Origin: Asterias rubens
Taxonomy: Eukaryota
Reading direction: 5' to 3'
Assembly (NCBI RefSeq): GCF_902459465.1
Contig: NC_047073.1
Span: 5,890,001 to 5,954,000, forward strand
DNA length: 64,000 nucleotides
Part shown: piece after piece, positions 12,452 through 21,514 of the stretch
Layout: every line of letters starts with the position of its first letter
Position numbering within the stretch: the first letter of the stretch is position 1
The notes under the pieces: model-generated
The model's database searches: none
Told to the model about the DNA's origin: nothing
Seen by the model: only the letters and a program-made list of their open reading frames with translations
Program-made: the position numbers and the translations under genes

Positions 12452-13832
12452 CTAACATGGCAGGGGATAAATAACATAGAAAAAGGTTAGATATATGGCA
12501 AACTCCTAGCCTGGTTACCATTCAACTGTTTACTTCACAAGTTTCTTTCTTAGTGAGCATATTGTTTTGTTTTCTCTCTTCAGATCAATATCAGATTATT
12601 CAATTCTCAGTCAGTTTTCAACAACAAAATATTTTGTATTTACATATCCACACACAAAAGTGGATTCCAAAAAGTTAAAAATACAGATCTCTTGAAACAG
12701 TTATAAACTTTGTAAAAACAAAAGTCAAAGTAATTCATATATTATAAGAAATGGAGGCTGAGTTAATGAGAAATAATATTTTCAGTAATTTAAAGAGGTG
12801 AAGAAAAAAAAAGTCTGAAAAAGAAAATGGTCCAAACAGATGACTAAGAATTGAGAATTCCCGCCTGAGAGAAGCAGTACATCTGAAGAACTACGACACC
12901 CACTTGTTGTGACCACCGCCAGTTCTGACCCCACCCACATTGCACATTCGTATGTATAAGTCAACGGGCTATTAATCAAAATGAAGCTGGTCTTCTTTAG
13001 AATTTTGCTTGTGTTTTGTCTAAACAAAATGTGAGATATATCTTCTTTTTCCTTGCTCATAAAATGTTTCTCCTTAGCATAAAGACGTATAGCCCACAAA
13101 CTTGTGGTTTTAGCCTTCAAGAAAGGCTCTGCTAGGGTATAAATGTCAAAACTTTTCTTTTGCAGCACACAAACTTGTTACAAATTAGAAAGAAACAAGA
13201 ACGAAATGAAAAAATGAAATGAAATTAAGAAGGAAACTTGGGGAATTGAGGGAAAAAAAACGGTCTGTGAACAAATTTAGAGGTTTTGCAGTGCAGGATT
13301 GTGGATGCTATGATTGCAGTAAACAGCCCAAGTAGAAGATGTTAGGACATTCAAAGCAGACCAACCGGTCAGGCCATTGCCAACTAGCAAGTCACGAGTC
13401 TCTCAATAGAACTAAGAAATTATCAGATTCTTTCCTGGAATATAGCTATTTTTCTACGGAATGAAGGAACTCTGTAATACTCTAGGGGTCAGCAGACTTC
13501 CTTGTCTCTTTCCATCTGGCAATGTTGCTCAGATCAAAACAAACAACAATGACTTTTAGAGGCAAAACTAACTCAATTGGACCCAAGTCACTGTTTTCTA
13601 CTGTGCCAACACGTTGCTTTTGCACAGACCTTTTCGCAAGTACCCATTGCGCAAGCGCTTACCGCTGAATGAGGTCCTTTCTGGTCTAGCTAATGATTGC
13701 TAGCTAGACCAGGATGCACCTCATTCCATGCCTACGGCGACAATGTCTATGGTCAATGTACCACAGCGCCCTCTAAGGGCTATAGGTCACAAGATCTGAT
13801 GTATTAGAGCTTGTACGCTAACACCACAAGAC

Positions 13833-13937
13833 AAATTATGGCTTGCTATTGCTACGGCTATAACTAGGGCGGGACTGCATTTGTGACAAATGCAGTCCCG
13901 CCCTAGTTATAGCCGTAGCAATAGCAAGCCATAATTT
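13833..13937. repeat. Perfect 52-bp inverted repeat with 1-nt spacer
   Basis: Arms are exact reverse complements around g13885. Confidence 0.92.
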
Positions 13938-14769
13938 TGTCTATTCTTCTTTGAGAGTGCAAAGCCAACAGCCACAGTTGTTTACATGGTCTAATGTTGT
14001 TTGCCAAACCACCTCTGGCTTGGGCTCCACCAGTCATTTTGATAGCTTCAAACAGGCAGGGGGGAGCCTAATGGTTACCCATGATTTTTATGAAGTGACA
14101 CAGTCTGCTGCCACCGGTGTCTCTGATTGGTTGCTCTATCATGAGGTAATGATGCTGAATACTACAATCATAGCAATGAAGTGGTTTTGAACTATCGTAA
14201 GCACGGACCGTGACCGTTCGGTAAATGGAAACATGTGGGGAGGTGACAATGATTGAGCTCAACTACAAACTCATTAAATGTTAATTTTAAACATGCTGTC
14301 AGTGACAGAGCCTTGTGGTTAATGGAACTTTGCATCAAAACACAACATGCCCACATTAACAAGAACTCAAATTAGAAATAAATAAACTGTGATTTACAGA
14401 TATTAAACTATTTTAAAAACCTGCTCATTATTTAGCTTGGTTTTTTATTAATGCAAAACTCAACTCCCCCGTGACTAAAGTGGTACTGTCAAGAACACTA
14501 AGAATCTAAGGCATAGGAACATTCCAACACTGAAAGAAAGGTAAGTGCATAAAGCAAAAGAGCACCAAAAAGTTGAGATAGAAAATCAGAAGCTTCAAAA
14601 TTTCAGAATTAGATCGAGCTCTACGAAATGGATTTGTTTGGGTCAACTTTACAACTCATCAAGTTGCCAAAAAGTGTCCAAAAAACAGAAAAAGGTTAGA
14701 GATTGAAAAGGTCGGGAGAAAAAGATTTTTCCCAAAGATTTTTAGTTGGTTTTTGTTTTGTGGGTATAC

Positions 14770-14871
14770 CTGCCGCCGCTGGAAAGCCCGCTAGCGTGGC
14801 AGCTGTCGGACTAAATGGTGACTGACCCATGGATGCTATCTGTGAAAACGGATTTGACATCATTCCGTGTC
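14770..14871 (-). CDS. PTBP1: PTB RRM2-RRM3 linker exon (GHGMMSNPFSQ...AGFPAAA)
   Basis: tgtttag|GA and CAG|GTATAC; 102 nt, phase 1-1, open frame; Ala/Pro/Gly-rich like PTB linkers. Confidence 0.8.
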
Positions 14872-15887
14872 CTAAACAAAGGGGTAAGAATACGCGTACC
14901 TCTTTACTGATTATCAGTCTCAAAATCAAAATCACAAAATATACCAAGAAGAAAATAATACTGTAAAATGCCACAGCAAGATGGAACTAGTTATTGAAAG
15001 GAAGCTCGGCATGATATCAAAAAAAATCAAATTAAAGACAAAAATGAAGCATTTGTAAGTAACTTCATATTATTCAGAAGTGGTTTACAAGACCTGAGGT
15101 TTTGCCTCTTGAGATTGTAACCATCCACAAACTATACCATCTGAATTGTTTTCTTTCGGAAAGTTTGTCAATAAGCTATTTTAGAATTAGATTTTGAATA
15201 AAATGTTTGGTACAACGACTTGATTGGCCACTGGAAAGCCATGGGATTCAAGTGACTGTCTCTCTGCTTGATAACTTTTTTCTGAGGTATCTGAACAATT
15301 TTGGATTCATTTACAAAATGTGTCTAGGATGACAAAAAAACATTGATACTAACAAAGATAGTTTCATGCATTACCACTTCAACATTGAGGTGTAAACAAA
15401 ACAAACAAAAAAATTATGAAACCGTTTTTAAAATTGATTGTGAGAAAATTGAAATTACATGAGTTAGATAACAATTGTTTTCCACATCTAAACAGTTAAA
15501 TGTTTTTACCAACATCAAAAATTGTTAATCAATTAAAAAGTAAACAAAAATTGATGAATTCTATAAAATAAATAAAAAAAGGGGGGGAAATGGGTGAAAA
15601 ACAATTAAAATGTGTGAGGTTACATTAAAAACAAAATATTAAATAAACATCAACATACTTGTAAAATGTAAATAAAAACAACAACAACAATCATGAGGAA
15701 GTTAATATTGCAGGGGAAAATGGTGTTAGATAGATTGTTAGGACTTGGCAGCCATTTTGGTCTGGTTCCCTAAACGCACTGTGTTCTTCCTCACAATGGG
15801 AAGGTGTCAACATGAGAAGTACCAGTCTATCTGATTCAGCCCTGAAGTGCATTATAAGGACAAAATGGCTGCCATTTCATAAAAATC

Positions 15888-16021
15888 TAGGCCGTGTCCG
15901 AATTGGCAGCTTCAGCTACAGCTACGGCTAGATCAAGCACATCTGCCTATTCTTTAACACTGACAGACGCGCTGATCTAGACATAGCTGTAGCCAAAGTC
16001 GCCAATTCGGACACGGCCATA
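15888..16021. mobile_element. MITE, family copy 2
   Basis: taggccgtgtccgaattggc ... gccaattcggacacggcc; homologous to 9615-9747. Confidence 0.8.
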
Positions 16022-16440
16022 CACTGTGAGGAAACATTAAGGCCAGTTGGACAATGATGCTAGCTTTAAAAATACTATTTTGGTGAAAGTGTAACTTTCT
16101 GCACAAAAATGAAATGCATATTTAAACAAAAATACAAATGCAAGAATGGCAGTTAGCATAGTGAAATTATTGAAACGTGTCAAACAAATCAAGCAAACAT
16201 TGATGAAGACTGCCAAGAATTTGCCTATATATTCAAATGGAAATGAGAGGGCCCTTTTGCTATGAATTTGGCTTTCAAATAACCAGCCCAAATTGTGCCA
16301 CTCTTTTTTACCCCAATACAAACAGTTGTCAACCCAGTGGTACCCATACTTACCCCATATTTCAAATGAATTGACCCTTTATTGTAACAATCCTTGCGGC
16401 AATCCCCTAAAAAATTTCCATTTTTCACCCAATGAGTCAA

Positions 16441-17200
16441 TCTAGTATATCCCACATGTACCCATCATTAAGCTAGTTCCATCTAATCTCCAAGGTTCAA
16501 TTAATGAGTTAACCCAGTAGATCCTAATGTAGCTATTAATGTCCCCAGTTCCATACAATCTCCAGGGTTCACAATATGATTTTAAACCCAGTAGATCCCA
16601 CATGTACCCATCATTGGCCCCGATTTCATTCAATCTCCAGGGTTCACTCAATGAGCTACCCAGTAGATTCCACATGTACCCATCATTGGCCCCAATTCCA
16701 TTCAATCTCCAGGGTTCACTCAATGAGCTACCCAGTAGATCCCACATGTACCCATCATTGGCCCCGATTTCATTCAATCTCCAGGGTTCACTCAATGAGC
16801 TACCCAGTAGATTCCACATGTACCCATCATTGGCCCCAATTCCATTCAATCTCCAAGGTTCACTCAATGAGCTACCCAGTATATTCCACATGTACCCATC
16901 ATTGGCCCCAATTCTATTAAATCTCCAGGGATCACTCAATGAGTAAACCCAGTATATCCCACATGTACCCATCATTGGCCCCGATTCCATTAAATCTCCA
17001 GGGTTCACTCAATGAGTTGACCCAGTAGATCCCACATGTACCCATCATTGGCCCCGATTCCATTCAATCTCCACAGTTAACCCACTGAGTTAAGCCAGAA
17101 CCCAATGAATTAACCCAGTAGATCCCAAATGTACCCATTATTAGTCCGAATTCCCTCCAACCTCCAGTGTTAACCAAACAAGTTAACCCAGTGGATCCTA
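16441..17200. repeat. 72-bp minisatellite, about 10 copies, degenerate at the edges
   Basis: Unit aatctccagggttcactcaatgagctacccagtagatcccacatgtacccatcattggccccgatttcattc; appears as a 24-aa period in the ORF track. Confidence 0.93.
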
Positions 17201-17219
17201 AGGGTTTCCCCCTCCTTAC

Positions 17220-17385
17220 CCCCTAATCCAATGCCATCTCCTGGGTGGATACCATCTCCCGTTGGTAGGTCACGTGTGTAATCTCTGCTCTTCTCATTGT
17301 TGTATTTGACAACGAGTGCAGGGAGTTTAGAGAACTCAATGTGCAAGGTGCAGCAAGCATTGTAGATATTCTGTCCGTCTAAGGC
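17220..17385 (-). CDS. PTBP1: PTB RRM2 C-terminal exon ([20 protein letters not shown]...[18 protein letters not shown])
   Basis: Near-identical to the PTB signature [19 protein letters not shown]...KYNNDKSRDYT; ttgtag|GCC and GGG|GTAAGG; 166 nt. Confidence 0.98.
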
Positions 17386-17489
17386 CTACAAAAGGAGACA
17401 CAAACATTCTTTAATACCAATAATTCCATGGCCTTTTTGAGGGATGGTGGACACACTAGGAGTGCAGTTTGGTTTGGGTATAATATAAG

Positions 17490-17626
17490 TTATCACACCA
17501 GCGCGAGTGGAATACAAAAAAATATAGCGCTTCTGCCTCCCATATCCAACGAGGCCGAATGCCGAGTTGTATATGGGACGCAGACACGCTATATTTTTTC
17601 GTATTTCACGAGCGCGTGTGTGATAA
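17490..17626. mobile_element. Palindromic non-autonomous element (ttatcacac...gtgtgataa; possibly Crypton-like)
   Basis: Long imperfect inverted arms (gaatacaaaaaaatatagcg / cgctatattttttcgtattt); superfamily tentative. Confidence 0.55.
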
Positions 17627-18159
17627 CAAATTTATCTTCCAGTCTCACTTGCAACGTGCAAAACTTAAAGCTTAAGAGCATTAGTTAACGCGCACAAAGT
17701 TGAGAATGTAATTTTTGCACTGTCCATATACGGAGCGTGACAAAATGACATTTCACAATACGCAGAGAAAGTAGGATATAAAACAGAGGTCGTAGCATAT
17801 ATGTTTTTACCCCCCTAGTAGTTCGAGCTTCTGATTGGTGGATTAGCGCGTACTGGAAGATAAAGACCATTATCATGTTGCAACCATCTTGGACATGTTC
17901 CCTGCCTCCATAACAGTAATGAACACCAGTATTCATTGTAATAAAAGGAACCAGACTATTTCTCATTCCAGCCTCAGTTTGGTTACATTAACTTGAATGG
18001 GGGACACTCAAGATGGCCGTACCATGACAAAGGTCAATACAGACAGATTTACTCAAACCCAACAGTGTCATACATGTAGTATTGTGTCCACCATGTCTCA
18101 AGCCTGGCTTATGCAAATGGTTCTGTAGTCACCACACAGTTTGCTTTAATTGCAAGATA

Positions 18160-18310
18160 AATGGCTCAGTGGTTTCTTTTCTTCCCTTTATCTCTGCGGA
18201 CCCTAGTTCGAATCCAACCTCAGACCAGAGCCTAGCATGTGGATTGGGTTTCCATTAAGTCCCTACTGATTGCGTGGGTTTACTCCATTAGGGTTTTTTA
18301 TCCCATATAA
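18160..18310 (+). mobile_element. tRNA-derived SINE fragment
   Basis: tggctcagtgg A-box-like and gttcgaatcc B-box motifs. Confidence 0.55.
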
Positions 18311-18446
18311 ATTAGTTTGACCACTTTGTCACATTCCCTTTAAATGTATAAAAAACTAATAATAATAATAATAATAATAATATTTGAGCCCTAAACAAAT
18401 ACAAAATCTTACAGTTTCCTAAAGAATGGGCTACTTGTGTACTTAC

Positions 18447-18505
18447 AATTTTGGCATCATTAGCTTCTTTGCTATTGTTGAACTGGATTAGAGCTTGGAA
18501 AACAT
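18447..18505 (-). CDS. PTBP1: PTB RRM2 middle exon (N-VFQALIQF...DAKI)
   Basis: FQALIQF is the RRM2 RNP1; aaacag|AT and ATT|GTAAGT; 59 nt. Confidence 0.96.
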
Positions 18506-18872
18506 CTGTTTGGGAAGAGGACAAGTTAACAAGAGATTAGTTTTAAAACAATTACAATTAGAGCGGTTTATGATATTTAAATGAGGGCCGAATTTGATAT
18601 TTATAAACTTAATTTGCTTGGCAAAAAACAATGTAGGGAACCGTTACAATAAACATCACAAACATCCTGGGTACAAGGTTTGGTAAAAATGGGTCATCCG
18701 TTATTTAATAAGCTTGGGCAGTTTTTGTCTATGGTTAACCATCGCCAAACTATTGGGGTATTCAAACAAAACTACAAACAAAAACTGTGGAATTCAGTGC
18801 TTCCAGCACCAGCCCTTTACAGGGCTAAGCGTGGAACTCTGTGGCAAAAAGTCCCATGAAATAGAGCCCAGG

Positions 18873-19028
18873 TAAAGCCCGGTTCATACTTTTGATGTCA
18901 CATGGCTGTTTTTGCAGCGAATGTTTCGCAGGAGTTGAGCATAAGTCAACCGACGTAAATTATTCATTGCGATTTGTGACGTCAATCGTGTCGCATTCAC
19001 ATTCGCAGGAAGTATGAACTGGGCTTAA
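18873..19028. mobile_element. PIF/Harbinger-like MITE (TAA-flanked)
   Basis: taa-agcccggttcatactt ... aagtatgaactgggct-taa; second copy at 44177-44309. Confidence 0.8.
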
Positions 19029-19074
19029 GATGAGAGATCAACACAGAAGACTGACTTCATTTAGAAGAACTTAC

Positions 19075-19300
19075 TGTTCTTAGTGAAGGTGACTACCTTC
19101 AAGATTGTTCCATACTTGGAGAAGATTTGGTGTAAGGTGTCCACATTGACGGGGTAGATCATGTGTTCAATGACGGCACGGAGTACGTGCTGAGGACCTC
19201 CTGGGCTGTCTGCTACTTTGGGTGACGAGCTTATGGAGGAAAACTGATGCTGAGGCAGGAGTGCTTGTGTTGCTTGTAACGCTGCCTGGGCTGCCACGTT
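19075..19300 (-). CDS. PTBP1: PTB linker and RRM2 start (NVAAQAALQA...VLRAVIEHMIYPVNVDTLHQIFSKYG...FTKN)
   Basis: Clear PTB RRM2 match; atacag|AAC and AACA|GTAAGT; 226 nt, ends in phase 1. Confidence 0.97.
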
Positions 19301-20608
19301 CTGTATAATAGAATGCAGGGAAACAAAGGTGTTAGGAAAACAGTTTTTTTATATTAAACAAATCGCTCATCTCGTTAATTTCTCCAGACATTTATGGGGG
19401 TTGGTTACATGGAGCTGTTATAAGCAGAAGATATTGCTGGGCAAGTTTATTGGCTTAGCAAATATCACCTTAGTACTTGCAGATTGTAAACATAGAATAG
19501 ATTGCCTGTTTCTGCTATACGGGAATTGTACATTAAGCAGCTTAGATAAAGCTTAACATGTTAACCCGAGTTGAATTTCATCCGGTAACAAACTTACTAA
19601 TAAGGCTTTATTTAAAGGTTGCAGCCTTTTGGATTTTATTTTGAAGTTGAGGAGAGCGATAAGATTTTGTGAAAAAGTGCGAGAGGGTGAGATATACACA
19701 GAGATCATAAACAGATAGTATGAGTTTCCAGATTGTTTTTAAGAAACAGAGTACAATAACAGAAATAGTGAAACAATATCAAGTACAGTCAGATAGGTAT
19801 GGCACTTAGTTTTTAAACAGGCCTGGAATCACATTGAGGTCGTGACCTTTGACAACCCCTGTGGTCTTCGTTTTTACATGGCCACCCCTGTTCCCATAGA
19901 CGTGTTGATGTTCTTTTGGCAACGACCCCAGCCAATGTTCAATTCCAGGCATGTGTAAATGGACTTTACAGATGAGATTGAAAACTGTATACAGGTTGCT
20001 CAGAAAGGTCTTTGAACGAACTTTAACTGAAAAGTCAATGCCTGGAGTGAGCATTTCTAAGAATACATGTACAGGACTCCAAAATTGACACTTGACTGCA
20101 AGTCTGAGGCCAGTGATTTCAGAACCTAGGCATGTTGAGCTACAAGCCCTGAAGTCTTGTGAATTTTCGCCCCAAATTTGATAATATAACTTTTCTGTGC
20201 AAGTTCTCACCTTCAAATACATGCACTTTTTTTTCTTCTTTTTTACTTTGAATTTGTGTATTAAATTAGCCAAAGCCTGTCTGCTCACTGTATACAATTT
20301 TTCTAAACAGATAATATATGTTCCATGCTCAATAAAAGTATTCATAAATTATTCTCATCATGGTAAATTATTCTAGGGCATGTGAGATAATTTGACACAC
20401 AGTCAAATTATTCAGAGTCGCTGGAAAGACTTTACTGCTTAAATTCACTTACTGGGGAGTTTCAGACAGTATATGGCAACATACAAACCAGGTAATGTTC
20501 CATTGGTTATGTATTTCTAATGCACAATCAATATCGATCGTCTTTATACGTCTGCCACTACCAAGCAACCCCAAAACACTCCAATTGAAAACTGAAAAGC
20601 ATTCCTTT

Positions 20609-20780
20609 CAGGTCTGATACTTCAAGGAGGCAACCAAGGTGATTACCTCCTTGCCCCCTGGTTATTGCCTTGGTGCCCTTGAAACGCTCAAGTAGTAACT
20701 TACAGTTTCATCATAGGGTGCCTTGCATCCCATATAAAATGCCTTGGTGCCTTTGCCCTTTCAAAAAAAAACATGCATGA
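20609..20780. mobile_element. CAGG...CCTG short element (hAT-like MITE family)
   Basis: Shares ggtcattgccttggtgccc...gccctttcaaaa with 36137-36271, 39856-40025 and reverse copies near 11200-11340 and 31840-31900. Confidence 0.7.
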
Positions 20781-21397
20781 TTGTCTAAAACAAATTTAGT
20801 GGAGGACAAATTTTCCCCGTACATTTATATACATGTATGACTTAATAATGCGGTTTTGCCTTGTGCCACAGCAGCATAAAAAGTGTGCAGAGTCACTCGA
20901 TTCCTAACATATGGTGACTTTCTGGCATTTAAATGTCAATGTAACATCCCTGAAAGAACAGAGCACCGTGTAGTTTGGAAATTAAAATGTTAATTGTATC
21001 TGGCATGACATCCAGGAAGTTCAAATGAATCAAATTTCACTCTTTTTTTTCTAAAGCTGAAACTCTGTCTTTTTTTTTATTTTTCAACATTTTGTTTATT
21101 ATCAATATCAAGCATTGTGTTTGGGATTATCACAGGAGGACTAAAACAGTCACTTTAAATTTTGTTTGTGGAAACACCACGTGTGTATTGCCAGGCAGAT
21201 TTAGTTCTTTCGAGGGCTGTCTGGCTTTATATTCTACTACCGCAGAGTAGGTTTTCGAGAAAATCGATCGGCTTTTCAATTTGTAAGGGTAGACTTGAGC
21301 ATGGAACATATAATACGTTGTTTATTTTATGTGTAAATGTCTTAAGGTGAAGAAGATGGAAATATAAGAAAAGATAAAAAGAGACACCAACAGACAC

Positions 21398-21514
21398 GGT
21401 GTTCTTGTCCAGATTGCCAGAGTAGGAGTCACTGTCTGGGAGGAGAGTCCCTGACGAGGAGGGATTGTTTAGCACAGCATTCACAGCAGCAAGGGCAGCC
21501 TGTACCGCCACCGT
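21398..21514 (-). CDS. PTBP1: Candidate alternative cassette exon in the RRM1-RRM2 linker (TVAVQAALAAVNAVL...SGNLDKNT)
   Basis: Acceptor cttcttgtag|ACG in phase 0; peptide resembles PTB AQAALQAVNSV..SGNL; donor uncertain (ACC|GTGTCT gives 117 nt in frame, TTG|GTGTCT at 21388 gives 127 nt and a frameshift). Confidence 0.6.

Noticed and set aside
12782-13168. 128-aa minus-strand ORF next to a CU-rich tract
   Set aside because: No homology and no compatible acceptor/donor pair found
14079-14191. Possible 113-nt poison exon (gatag|...ATGG|GTAACC) with an in-frame TGA
   Set aside because: Poor pyrimidine tract and no AG-free zone; chance-level splice signals
16442-17008. 188-, 135- and 114-aa ORFs
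   Set aside because: Products of the 72-bp minisatellite (period divisible by 3); no domain homology
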